Part shown: positions 36,832 through 46,172 of the stretch, piece after piece | How positions within the stretch are numbered: the stretch's first letter is position 1 | How the letters are laid out: every line of letters starts with the position of its first letter | Source: an uncultured Muribaculaceae bacterium | GTDB taxonomy: Bacteria > Bacillota_I > Bacilli_A > RF39 > UBA660 | Length of the DNA stretch: 63,039 bases | Assembly (NCBI GenBank): GCA_964548815.1 | Contig: CAZJSD010000002.1 | Span: 1-63,039, forward strand | Direction: 5' to 3' | Position numbers and translations under genes: made by a program | The notes under the pieces: generated by a model | Told to the model about the DNA's origin: nothing | Database searches by the model: none | The model's input: only the letters and a program-made list of their open reading frames with translations

Positions 36832-38065
36832 TGTGACCTCCTATATATTTATTTCTCTCTCTTGCGGTACCATTCTTATCTAAACTAATACATCTAAGAA
36901 TAGAATTTTTACCAAACTTATTCTTTAAATTACTTATAGTTTTTTCTAATACTTCTTCTTTAGTATTATCTTCTTTCTTAAATAAATTTAACTGTTCATA
37001 TTCTTTCTTACCTAAATCATTAAAAGATAATCCTATTCTTCTAATTTTTGAATCTTCTAAAACTCTATAACTATATTCATCTAATATTAATCTTAATATT
37101 TCCTTATAACTATTTGTTTGATCACATTTAAAAGAAAAATGTACACCACCTGATTCTTCCCTAGTAAAACCTAAAAATACTGATATATTACTTGTATATA
37201 AATCTTTGGAAACTAGTTCTAACACTAATACATCTATCATTTCAATTAATACTACCTTGGCTTCTCTATAGTTATAATCTCTAAATAATATTTGACTATG
37301 GCTAATAGATGAAGACTTAGGTTTATAAGACTTAACTTCTTTCAAAGTACATGTTTCTCTTCCCCAAGCATGATCAATTAATATTTCGGCGTTAATACCA
37401 AATTCTTTAAACAAAATCTTTGGATTTGCTTTCGCAACATCTTCCATAGTTTTTAAATGATGTTTATGTAGTCTATTTTCTATACCTCTTCCTATTTGCC
37501 AAAAGTCAGAAAGTGGTGTATGATTCCATAACTTTTCTTTATATAATTCTTCATTTAAATATCCTATATGACTCTTATTCTTTTTAGATATAATATCTAA
37601 AGCAATTTTAGCAAGATACATATTAGTACCAATACCCGCAGTTGCGCATATTCCTGTTCTTTTATATACTTCATCTATTATAGTTTTTGCCAAACACACT
37701 TCATTTTTCTTATATGTTTTTAAATAAGAAGTAACATCTATAAATACTTCATCTATAGAATAGACATATATGTCTTCTTTAGAAAAAAAGTCTAAATAAA
37801 TACCATATACTTTAGCAGAATATTCTATATACTTTTTCATTCTAGGTTTTGCGACAATATATTTTATTCCTTTAGGTATATCATATATTCTACATCTGTT
37901 TTTAATACCTCTTTCTTTCATTTTAGGAGAAATAGCGAGACATATTGCGCCCTTACTTCTTCCTATATCTGCGACTACTAAATCTGTCTTAAAAGGATCA
38001 AGACCTCTTTCTACACACTCTACAGACGCAAAAAATGTTTTTAAATCAATACAAATATATGTCAT
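36821..38065 (-). CDS. Y-family DNA polymerase (UmuC/UvrX/DinB-like)
   Basis: N-terminal ICIDLKTFFASVE (catalytic Asp, FASVE motif) and SIDEVFIDVT motif. The start is placed at MTYICIDL. Confidence 0.8.
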   Translation of the reverse strand: MTYICIDLKTFFASVECVERGLDPFKTDLVVADIGRSKGAICLAISPKMKERGIKNRCRIYDIPKGIKYIVAKPRMKKYIEYSAKVYGIYLDFFSKEDIYVYSIDEVFIDVTSYLKTYKKNEVCLAKTIIDEVYKRTGICATAGIGTNMYLAKIALDIISKKNKSHIGYLNEELYKEKLWNHTPLSDFWQIGRGIENRLHKHHLKTMEDVAKANPKILFKEFGINAEILIDHAWGRETCTLKEVKSYKPKSSSISHSQILFRDYNYREAKVVLIEMIDVLVLELVSKDLYTSNISVFLGFTREESGGVHFSFKCDQTNSYKEILRLILDEYSYRVLEDSKIRRIGLSFNDLGKKEYEQLNLFKKEDNTKEEVLEKTISNLKNKFGKNSILRCISLDKNGTARERNKYIGGHNAE

Positions 38066-38078
38066 AATACCACCTAGC

Positions 38079-38087
38079 AAAATTATA
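38079..38087 (-). promoter_or_regulatory. Extended -10 element (TGaTATAAT) in front of the Y-family polymerase operon
   Basis: Minus strand ACGTATGATATAATT. No good -35 is present. Confidence 0.4.
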
Positions 38088-38119
38088 TCATACGTTTGTT
38101 TGTATTTCTACGAACAAAT

Positions 38120-38148
38120 AAAAAAAAGAATAGATTTTTTTCTATTCT
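38120..38148 (-). terminator. Rho-independent terminator after essC (stop codon inside the stem)
   Basis: AGAAUAGA-AAAAAA-UCUAUUCU followed by U8 on the minus strand. Confidence 0.75.
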
Positions 38149-41100
38149 TTATATTTTTCAACAAATTTAACATATGATGGTAAACCTTTTTTAACAACAA
38201 ATCCAAAGTTATAAGGTACATCCTCTTTCATTTCAGGTATACGCTTAGAAACATTAATAAGCATTTGATCAGATAGACCATTACCTAAATAAATTCCATC
38301 ATTTGCGTTAATATTATCTTTAAACCAACTATCATAATTAAATTTCTTTAATTTATCCACAGTATCAACACAAATAAAGTTTACCATACCTAAACCTGAT
38401 GCATCATTAAATAAGTCTGCAATTTTATTTTGATTATCTGATGATAATTTACTCTTAAATGAAGTTAAACCTAGTATAATACAATTTACTTTAGGAATTC
38501 CATTAAATACTGCCTTATTATTTCCACCATCTTTATATTTCTTTTCACAATCTATATTATAATTAACAAGTGATTCAAAAATTTGATCAAAATTATTATC
38601 AAAATATTTTGTATATTTCTTAATCTCATCATTAAATGCCATATCTTCTGCATTTATAACGATATTACTATATACTTTCTTATAAATAAATTGATAAATT
38701 AATGGTTCCATAATATTCTCAAATAATGTACCATCTTGAGATGTTACCATATTAATCTTTGTCTTAGTAAAATCATAAGTACAAATAGATAAATCTGATT
38801 TATTAACTCCAAGTGCTATATCATCAATATTCTTAATTCCATCTTTAACATCATCAAATGTAACAATCTCTGGTAATATAGGTATCTTCTTAGCAATATC
38901 TTTATATTTATTCTTTAATTGTTCATTTACACTTCTAATATAATTTGGAATTTGATCTTTTTCAGTAACAAAAGCTGTTTGGAATTCATAAGCATTATCT
39001 AGTTTAATTAAACCTCTACCAAATACTTTTGATGGGAATACTTTTCTAACATTACCTAAAATAGTAGAATAATCATCATCATTATTTTGAGTAAGAGAAA
39101 ATACTTGACCAAAATTTTGTTTTAATTTAAATCTAACTCCATTAGGTGTATTAACTGCTAAAACAAAATATATACCATATTTAATAGAATCTCTTGTTAA
39201 TAAATTTAATGTATCATCATAATCAGGATAACTTTCTTGATATCCTTCATAGTTATTTATTACAATAACCATATTAGGAACAGATGATCCACTATTCTTA
39301 CAATATGTTAAATAATCTCCATTATAATTAGCAAATAATTTTTTTCTATTATTCATTTCATTTTGAATCATTTTAAATAAATTATCTATTTTCTCACTAT
39401 CTGATGTATAAACTATATCACCAACATATGGAGAACCTTCAAAATATCTAAGAGCTTCTGATCCAAAATCCATAATATAATAGTTTACTTCAGTAGGTGT
39501 ATACGCAAGCATTGAAGAATAAATCATTGTTGTAATAAAGTTTTCTTTTCCTGATCCTGCAGTACCATATACAAGCATATTCCCTTCTTTACTAAATGGC
39601 ACAGTTAATAATCTTTGTTCCTGCATTTGTGGAACGTCATATTCACCTATAACTAGATTTAAAACAAAGTTTTCTTTTTTATAATTATATTTTTTTATAA
39701 GATCTACTGCTAATATGAAATTAGGTATTCTACTTAACCATAGTGGTTTAGTATGAATATTTTCTTCTAATGCGATATTACATAAATATTTAACAATATT
39801 ATTTAATTCTTCACCTAAGTTCGCAACTGTTTTAACTTCTTTTTTCGTTTCAACATTTCTAGTTACATATCCTATATTATTAACAAATTCAACTGAAGTA
39901 TCTATATTTTTCTTTATACTGTCTGATGGTAAATACTTTCCACCAGTCCATGCTGATTGACCTAGTAAAAATACTTCATCATAACCAACTTGTAAATAAA
40001 ATCTACCTGTTTGAGTTAAGAATGCTGCATCTGGTTTTTTAATAACTTCTGATGAATCACTCTTTTCTTGAACTCTTAAACATACTCTAAATCTTGTATT
40101 TGACCAAATTTGAGAATCAACAACACCACTTGGTTTTTGAGTGGCAAGAATCAAATGAACTCCTAAACTACGACCAATTCTCGCTGTAGATATTAATTGT
40201 TCCATAAATTCAGGTTGTTGTTGTTTTAATTCAGCAAACTCATCTGCAATAATAAGTAAATGTGATACAGGTTCTTTAACCACACCATTTCTGTACATTT
40301 CTTGATATTTATATATATCTATAGTACTTTCTTCACTTATTTCTCTTGCTCTATTAAATAAAGCTTGTCTTCTTTTTAATTCTGATTCAATAGAAGCAAG
40401 TGATCTATTAATTTCTATCTTATCTAAATTTGTAATAACTCCAACTAAATGTGGTAATTTAATACCAGTAGTCTGATTTTCAAAAGCACCAGCTAAACCT
40501 CCACCTTTATAGTCTATCAATATAAATTGAACTTCTTCAGGATGATAATTAACCGCTAATGAAAGAATATAAGTAATAATAAATTCAGATTTACCAGATC
40601 CAGTCATACCTGCTATAAGACCATGTGGTCCATGATACTTTTCATGTAAATCTAGACTTATTTTTTCACCATTCTTACCAACACCAACCATCGCATTCAT
40701 ATTCATAATTGGAGTATTTTCTTCCCATCTATTCTTAGAATTAAACTGTTCTATCTTACCTAGTCCATACATCTCTAAGAAGCCTATTTTCTTAGGTATC
40801 GCACCTTCTCCTTCATCATGTAATTCAACTGGTGTATTAGAAAGCAATTCTACACACTTTGATATATCAATATTTGATTCATCAATAACAAACTTTTGAT
40901 TTTCACTATTAGATACATTTTTAGATATTTCTGATTCTGGTTCACCTAACTGAATAAACGTTTGACATTGATCAGGTAAATTAGATATTCTATCATTTAA
41001 AATTATTAAACTAAATCCTAAATACTTTTTAGAATTAATTAAATGAGTAAATAAATCTAAGTTCCTAACAACTGTATAATTATCCACAATTATTAAGAAT

Positions 41101-42764
41101 AATGTATTAAATGAATCAATTTTAACTTCTTCATTTTCCTTAAATGCTTCATTTCTTTCAACATAAAATTTATCTAAATTATAAGTTAATTCTTTATATT
41201 CTTGTTCATTAGTTGCAAAGAATCTCATTTCTTTACCATTAGACCAAAGGTGTGGCATAGATTTATATTTTTCCCATTTTTTAGAATTATCTCTTGTTGT
41301 AAATACCGCAATTTTTAATGATTCATAACTATGAAATGTCATTGCTTGAAGCATTATATTATCAATTATTTTATTTTGTAATTTTTCTTTACCAACAATC
41401 GCAGATATATAATTATCTCTAAAAGAAAATGGAATTGGTACTTTTTCTAATGTCTTATTATAATTACCTATTTCTTTCATTTTTTCCATAAGATTATCTT
41501 CAATCATGGTAAAGTGTTCTTCAGGATAATCTATTTCTACTTTCATAGTAGAATTACCTGTACCTAAACTAACACTTAGGAAATCTTCATCATATACTCT
41601 TCTTTCCCATAGTCTATCTTGTTTTTCATATATTACTTTTTCACATTCTTCTAAACTAAGGTAACTCTTATGCATTAAATCTTCTTGTTTTACTTTTTCT
41701 TCTTTTAATTGTTCTTTTATTTTTTCTATATATTCACTATATTTTCTTTGTCTTTTCTTCTCTCTCTTTTTTCTTAAATGTTTTTGAAAAGCATTAGTCA
41801 CAAGTGGCCATAAAAAGAAACTAAGCATCATTGCCGCACTCATTACTAATTGAGGCATTACTTCTTTTATTGTCTTTCTACCTTCATTAACACTACTCAT
41901 AGTTGTATAAAATGTCATAACAGAAGTCATACTCATTGTAAGCATTGGGCCAATAGTTAATATCGCAGGCATCTCTTCTCCTTCACCTTTTGAAGGAGGC
42001 GCATCTATCTTAACTTTTAATTCATCTATTTTGTATAAGAATCTAGGTTTTCTAAAGAAATAATCATCTTGTGAATAAACTTCCATATCTTTATCTTCAT
42101 TAGGATCTTCTACAACAGCACTGTCACTTACTTTTATTTCATATTTTCCCATAAAAGTACTAACTCTATTAAACGGATTATTGATACCTACAACTAGATT
42201 TCCATCTATCTTTAAGAAAACTAATTTTAATCCCATATAGAATAGTACATCACCATAATCTATTTTTTGTTTGTTATATGCACATAATCCATTAATAAAT
42301 ATAGGATAATTATCCACAGTTTTATTTAAATATAATATATCATTTTCTTGTTTTATAACAAAATCATTTTCACTAACAAAATCAACATTATAAATAATAT
42401 TAGCTCTATCACTTCTTCCAATAGTCATACCTATTGATGTTTCATTTGCGCAAGAATAATATTGAATAGTATTTTCAAATAAGGGCTCTGTAAATAATAT
42501 TAAACCATTAGTAGAATAAGAATGATTTAAAACTATCATACTGTTCTCTTCTAAATAAGTAAAAGGAACTTTTTTACCAGCACTCGCAATATAGTAATCA
42601 CTATTACTAATTAATCTCCACTTACCATCTGGACTAGCTTCAACATTAATAATATTTCTATCTATTCCTTTATCATCTATTTCATTTAACCAAATATTAC
42701 CTTCTATTCTATCTGGTAGCTTATATTCTAATAGCTTTCTATCTTTAATCAATAAAACCTTCAT
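38142..42764 (-). CDS. essC: Type VII secretion FtsK/SpoIIIE-family ATPase EssC
   Basis: 1540 aa with an N-terminal FHA-like region, two TM helices (about aa 270-330) and three P-loop domains (GMTGSGKSE, GTAGSGKEN, and a degenerate third). Confidence 0.85.
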   Translation of the reverse strand: MKVLLIKDRKLLEYKLPDRIEGNIWLNEIDDKGIDRNIINVEASPDGKWRLISNSDYYIASAGKKVPFTYLEENSMIVLNHSYSTNGLILFTEPLFENTIQYYSCANETSIGMTIGRSDRANIIYNVDFVSENDFVIKQENDILYLNKTVDNYPIFINGLCAYNKQKIDYGDVLFYMGLKLVFLKIDGNLVVGINNPFNRVSTFMGKYEIKVSDSAVVEDPNEDKDMEVYSQDDYFFRKPRFLYKIDELKVKIDAPPSKGEGEEMPAILTIGPMLTMSMTSVMTFYTTMSSVNEGRKTIKEVMPQLVMSAAMMLSFFLWPLVTNAFQKHLRKKREKKRQRKYSEYIEKIKEQLKEEKVKQEDLMHKSYLSLEECEKVIYEKQDRLWERRVYDEDFLSVSLGTGNSTMKVEIDYPEEHFTMIEDNLMEKMKEIGNYNKTLEKVPIPFSFRDNYISAIVGKEKLQNKIIDNIMLQAMTFHSYESLKIAVFTTRDNSKKWEKYKSMPHLWSNGKEMRFFATNEQEYKELTYNLDKFYVERNEAFKENEEVKIDSFNTLFLIIVDNYTVVRNLDLFTHLINSKKYLGFSLIILNDRISNLPDQCQTFIQLGEPESEISKNVSNSENQKFVIDESNIDISKCVELLSNTPVELHDEGEGAIPKKIGFLEMYGLGKIEQFNSKNRWEENTPIMNMNAMVGVGKNGEKISLDLHEKYHGPHGLIAGMTGSGKSEFIITYILSLAVNYHPEEVQFILIDYKGGGLAGAFENQTTGIKLPHLVGVITNLDKIEINRSLASIESELKRRQALFNRAREISEESTIDIYKYQEMYRNGVVKEPVSHLLIIADEFAELKQQQPEFMEQLISTARIGRSLGVHLILATQKPSGVVDSQIWSNTRFRVCLRVQEKSDSSEVIKKPDAAFLTQTGRFYLQVGYDEVFLLGQSAWTGGKYLPSDSIKKNIDTSVEFVNNIGYVTRNVETKKEVKTVANLGEELNNIVKYLCNIALEENIHTKPLWLSRIPNFILAVDLIKKYNYKKENFVLNLVIGEYDVPQMQEQRLLTVPFSKEGNMLVYGTAGSGKENFITTMIYSSMLAYTPTEVNYYIMDFGSEALRYFEGSPYVGDIVYTSDSEKIDNLFKMIQNEMNNRKKLFANYNGDYLTYCKNSGSSVPNMVIVINNYEGYQESYPDYDDTLNLLTRDSIKYGIYFVLAVNTPNGVRFKLKQNFGQVFSLTQNNDDDYSTILGNVRKVFPSKVFGRGLIKLDNAYEFQTAFVTEKDQIPNYIRSVNEQLKNKYKDIAKKIPILPEIVTFDDVKDGIKNIDDIALGVNKSDLSICTYDFTKTKINMVTSQDGTLFENIMEPLIYQFIYKKVYSNIVINAEDMAFNDEIKKYTKYFDNNFDQIFESLVNYNIDCEKKYKDGGNNKAVFNGIPKVNCIILGLTSFKSKLSSDNQNKIADLFNDASGLGMVNFICVDTVDKLKKFNYDSWFKDNINANDGIYLGNGLSDQMLINVSKRIPEMKEDVPYNFGFVVKKGLPSYVKFVEKYKE

Positions 42765-42798
42765 TAAAGCCCTTCTTCCTATTCTTTATACTATATAT

Positions 42799-42827
42799 AT
42801 TATATCTTTTATATCATTTCAAGTCAA
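42799..42827 (-). promoter_or_regulatory. Near-consensus sigma-A promoter dedicated to essC
   Basis: Minus strand TTGACT-17 nt-TATAAT, about 35 nt upstream of the essC ATG. Confidence 0.65.
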
Positions 42828-42834
42828 TTAATAA

Positions 42835-42861
42835 TAAAGAAAAAGAACCAAAAATGGTTCT
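42835..42861 (-). terminator. Rho-independent terminator closing the WXG/substrate operon
   Basis: AGAACCA-UUUU-UGGUUCU followed by UUUUCUUUAUU. It lies about 140 nt after the stop of the 454-aa gene. Confidence 0.7.
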
Positions 42862-43004
42862 ATTCAAACATTTTTAAAAATTCATAAAAAGTAATTCTTG
42901 GTTTCATAAAAACAATTCTGTTTCTTTGTGTACAAAAATTGTTAATTTGATTTTATATTAAAAATTCTATCAAAAGATATTTACATCTATCGCAGACTAT
43001 TTAA

Positions 43005-44369
43005 CTAATTCATGCCAAAAGTATTTTTTGTCCATTTCTTATAAATATTTCTTGCACTTGTTGTATTTGTATTTTTATTATTACTATTATTTTGATTATT
43101 ATTTGTATTACTACTTGGTGTAGGATGATGTCCACCAAATGTGGATGTACCAGTAACCTTATAATCCATTGGTGTATAGTGAGAAGTAGAGTTAGTATTA
43201 GTATTAGTATTGCTTTTATTTGCAGCTGCTGCTCTACCTTCTCTAACTGCTTTTTCAGCAGGTGTTTCTTTTGGATGATCTTTTCTATATTGTTCCGATT
43301 GTTCTGCAGCTCTCTGTTTTGCTTCTTCCTCAGAATGAGGATAATTACCTCCCACAGTTGAAGGACCTGTACCGCCAGGTGTTGAACCTCCTCCTGATGA
43401 AGGATTATATCCATTTCCTCCCGTACCACCATAATAAGGTGAGCCTCCTCCTGATGATGGATTATTAGAAGATGGATTATTAATTGATTCAGTAGAACCA
43501 TCCATTTTTTGTGGTTCAGGTTTAACTATTTCGGTAGTTCTACCACCCTTTACATATGAATCAAAATCTGGCATTGATGGATAATTATAATTTGTTTTAA
43601 CTACTAATGATGAGTCATATGATACTTTCTTTGCAGAATCTGGTAATGCATTTTCTATTTTACTTATATTAGTTTCATAGTTATACATCCAACTAAACAT
43701 ACATTGACGATAATACTCTGTATTGTCAAATAGTTTTTCAACAACACCATGTACATATCTTAAATAAGAATCACTTGAAACCATTGAACTTAATGATAAG
43801 AATTTTTCATAGTTTTGTTGAAATCTCCATCTAAAATCATCAAATGAATCTATTGCGGCTGAAAACTTATTTATATTTATTGAAAAATATTCTTCTTTTC
43901 CAAGAGGTGTAAATGGTATATTAGGACTAATAGGATCTAATCCTCCACTTGAATCACTTGTTGTATCTTTCATAGTTCCTGAACCATCAACAAATGTACC
44001 AGTTGATGAACCTTCAACAGCAGTTTTAAATGATTTTAATTTATTTTCAATATTTGTTGCTTTTGTATTTAAACTATCAAAATCAGTATCACTTTCCATA
44101 CTCTTTTGTATAGTATCTATTTCAGACGCTATTTTTATTACTTCTATATATTTTTGAATAGCTGCCTTTATTTCATCTAATTTTAATGATAATGCTTCAT
44201 ATGAATTAAGTAATATCGAACTTGAGTTAGCGTTCCATTCTGCAGATTTAAATGATGATGCAGAACTCTCTGCTGCTTGTTTTAATGAAGGAATAGATGA
44301 TGAAAGTGACTCTAATTGTGATTGAACTGAAGATAGATTTATATTATTAAAATAATTTGTCTTATACAT
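43005..44369 (-). CDS. Putative T7SS substrate: helical N-terminal domain plus long G/S/N/P/T-rich low-complexity tail
   Basis: 454 aa with no TM helix or signal peptide. The first ~110 aa are a helical hairpin-like region (AEWNANSS at the turn). The C-terminal ~170 aa are compositionally biased. It is located in the WXG operon. Confidence 0.5.
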   Translation of the reverse strand: MYKTNYFNNINLSSVQSQLESLSSSIPSLKQAAESSASSFKSAEWNANSSSILLNSYEALSLKLDEIKAAIQKYIEVIKIASEIDTIQKSMESDTDFDSLNTKATNIENKLKSFKTAVEGSSTGTFVDGSGTMKDTTSDSSGGLDPISPNIPFTPLGKEEYFSININKFSAAIDSFDDFRWRFQQNYEKFLSLSSMVSSDSYLRYVHGVVEKLFDNTEYYRQCMFSWMYNYETNISKIENALPDSAKKVSYDSSLVVKTNYNYPSMPDFDSYVKGGRTTEIVKPEPQKMDGSTESINNPSSNNPSSGGGSPYYGGTGGNGYNPSSGGGSTPGGTGPSTVGGNYPHSEEEAKQRAAEQSEQYRKDHPKETPAEKAVREGRAAAANKSNTNTNTNSTSHYTPMDYKVTGTSTFGGHHPTPSSNTNNNQNNSNNKNTNTTSARNIYKKWTKNTFGMN

Positions 44370-44383
44370 TGTTTCACCCTCCT

Positions 44384-45448
44384 CTATTTTCTACTTTCTA
44401 AAAATGCAGACATTATGTCAGCTAATGCTTTATCCGAATTTTCTCCTGGCATAGCAGCAGTAGTACCACTATCAAATGCACCTGATGTCGTTATACTTTC
44501 TAATAATTCCTTATCAACACCACCAGTATTTACAGCTGCAGCATTTGAATTGATTTTTCCATCTGTATGAACTTCGTTTATGGTATTAGTATTAACTCCA
44601 TAAGCATCAGTTGTGACAGAATTTTCTCTAACATTATCATTAGCATGAGTTTCATTTATTAAACCTTGATTTACACCTTGTGCATTTATATTAGCTTCAT
44701 TACTATTTATATTATCATTAATTACTACTGTATTAATTCCTTCTTCATTTACACCCTGTGCATTTGTATCAGCTGTAGTTGCATTAACATTATCGTTAGC
44801 TTTTATAGAAGTAAATGTTTCACTCATTAATTTAGAATCAACTTGTTTATTTTGTTCCACTAATTTTTCAACTGATGTTGTTGCTTTAGGTATTAGTTCA
44901 GATACTATTGATTTTATATTTTCTAATGAATATTCTTTACCTTTTGCTTCAAGTTGTTGCCAGAATCTATCTCCCGCTTCACCTCTCCACATTTTATCTC
45001 TTCCATCTACAATAGATTGTATTTCATCAAGACTATCCTTTATCTTTTTAGCAAGACTTTTTATCTGTTCACATGCATTTAATGTAGAATCATATTTAAA
45101 ATACACATATGTACCATCTGTAGGTACATTATCACCAGGATGTATTGGTTTTGTTGGATCTAAAATAATATCTGGTGTTTCTATACGCGAATCTAGTCCT
45201 GTATCTTTTGAATCTGGATTTTGTCCTCCTGGTCCATTTGGGCTCATATCAATATCTGTTTTTACTATCTTAGCATCTAGTCCTGTACTTTTTGAATCTG
45301 GATTTTGTCCTCCTGGTCCATTTTGATATACAGCATCCTGTGTTTTTGTAATTCTTGGGCCTAGTGAATCAGTTGTTGTTCTATTAATTGGTTGTGTAGG
45401 ATCAATATTCCAGTTTGATTTTGATATTATTGAATTTAAATCAGCCAT
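44384..45448 (-). CDS. Putative T7SS substrate with an internal WXG100-like domain flanked by repeats
   Basis: 354 aa. N-terminal 28-aa repeats (GPGGQNPDSK-TGLD), a central MWRGEAGDRFWQQL (W-x-G) helical domain, and C-terminal N-x-N/AQGVN repeats. Confidence 0.55.
   Translation of the reverse strand: MADLNSIISKSNWNIDPTQPINRTTTDSLGPRITKTQDAVYQNGPGGQNPDSKSTGLDAKIVKTDIDMSPNGPGGQNPDSKDTGLDSRIETPDIILDPTKPIHPGDNVPTDGTYVYFKYDSTLNACEQIKSLAKKIKDSLDEIQSIVDGRDKMWRGEAGDRFWQQLEAKGKEYSLENIKSIVSELIPKATTSVEKLVEQNKQVDSKLMSETFTSIKANDNVNATTADTNAQGVNEEGINTVVINDNINSNEANINAQGVNQGLINETHANDNVRENSVTTDAYGVNTNTINEVHTDGKINSNAAAVNTGGVDKELLESITTSGAFDSGTTAAMPGENSDKALADIMSAFLESRK
45191..45323. repeat. Two 49-nt near-identical direct repeats with 84-nt period inside the 354-aa gene
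   Basis: 45191..45239 versus 45275..45323, with 2 mismatches by hand alignment. Confidence 0.8.
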
Positions 45449-45463
45449 TTTTAATCATCCTTC

Positions 45464-45772
45464 CTATATTTTTTTATTTGCGAAATAATTATCAAAGTCT
45501 GTATATGCTTTATGACCTTTTTCAAGATCTTCACAACCATCTTGTAAACATTCACAATATTTATTTATTAAGTCTATATATCCTTCTAATTGTGCTGTAT
45601 ATTTTTTAGATATAGTTCCCTTCCAAAAACCATTTAAATCACCAATAGTAGTTTTTAATTCTTTATTAGCAGCCTTAATAGTCTCGTGACTAGTCTTTAA
45701 CGTTTGACTATCATATCTATATGTATTAAACGTACTAAAATAAATTGTATCACTACTTGATTTTGTAGCCAT
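45464..45772 (-). CDS. WXG100 family protein (divergent)
   Basis: 102 aa, predicted helix-turn-helix with FWKGT at the turn. Confidence 0.6.
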   Translation of the reverse strand: MATKSSSDTIYFSTFNTYRYDSQTLKTSHETIKAANKELKTTIGDLNGFWKGTISKKYTAQLEGYIDLINKYCECLQDGCEDLEKGHKAYTDFDNYFANKKI

Positions 45773-45800
45773 AGTATCATCCCTCCTATTTTTTACCCTC

Positions 45801-45860
45801 GTCAGTAAATATTAAGAAAGTAATATTCACTGACCAGAGACTCTATATTATAGAGTTTCT
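45801..45860 (-). promoter_or_regulatory. Two consecutive stable hairpins without U-tract directly after esxA (candidate RNA stabiliser or processing site)
   Basis: Hairpin 1 at 45836..45860 has a 10-bp stem. Hairpin 2 at 45801..45834 has a 14-bp stem (GUCAGUGAAUAUUA / UAAUAUUUACUGAC, one G:U). The SD of the next gene follows. Confidence 0.55.
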
Positions 45861-45864
45861 TATA

Positions 45865-46155
45865 TTATTGCATAAGTTGTGTATCTGCTTTTTGATAGTT
45901 TTCAACAACTGATGTTAAGTGTGCAGCTTCATCCGTAACTGCTTTGTAGAAATCTGCAAATTTTGCTTGTAATGTGTTGAATTTAGATTTTGAATTTTCA
46001 GCTGCAGTTCCACCCCAAACATCTTCATTACCAATTTTATTTACTAATGCAGTTATATCATCTAATACAGTTTGCATATCTCTTGAATAATTTTGAAGAT
46101 TTTGGCTTATTGTATTAATTTGAGCATATGTCAAATTTGAACCGTTCATATTCAT
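45865..46155 (-). CDS. esxA: WXG100 family type VII secretion target (EsxA-like)
   Basis: 96 aa with canonical VWGGTAAE W-x-G turn and typical EsxA length and helical pattern. Confidence 0.8.
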   Translation of the reverse strand: MNMNGSNLTYAQINTISQNLQNYSRDMQTVLDDITALVNKIGNEDVWGGTAAENSKSKFNTLQAKFADFYKAVTDEAAHLTSVVENYQKADTQLMQ

Positions 46156-46172
46156 TCCTCCTTGTTAATTTA

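Noticed and set aside
38081-38141. Searched for an SOS (Cheo/LexA) box in front of the Y-family polymerase gene.
   Set aside because: Only a half-site-like CGAACAAA and an imperfect inverted repeat are present, with no CGAAC-N4-GTTCG arrangement. It is recorded as a finding with low interest rather than called as a feature.
42865-43004. 15-codon ORF (MKPRITFYEFLKMFE) in the 3' UTR of the 454-aa gene.
   Set aside because: It has no SD, is very short, and such ORFs are expected by chance in AT-rich sequence.
43010-43501. 163-aa same-strand alternative-frame ORF, plus the antisense ORFs 43092..43361 and 43262..43468, inside the 454-aa T7SS gene.
   Set aside because: They fall in the compositionally biased (G/S/N/P/T-coding) segment, where stop codons are depleted in several frames. 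No SD is present and the translations are implausible.
45415-45609. 64-aa plus-strand ORF spanning the junction of two WXG-related genes.
   Set aside because: It is antisense to two supported genes, has a hydrophobic low-complexity translation, and has no SD.
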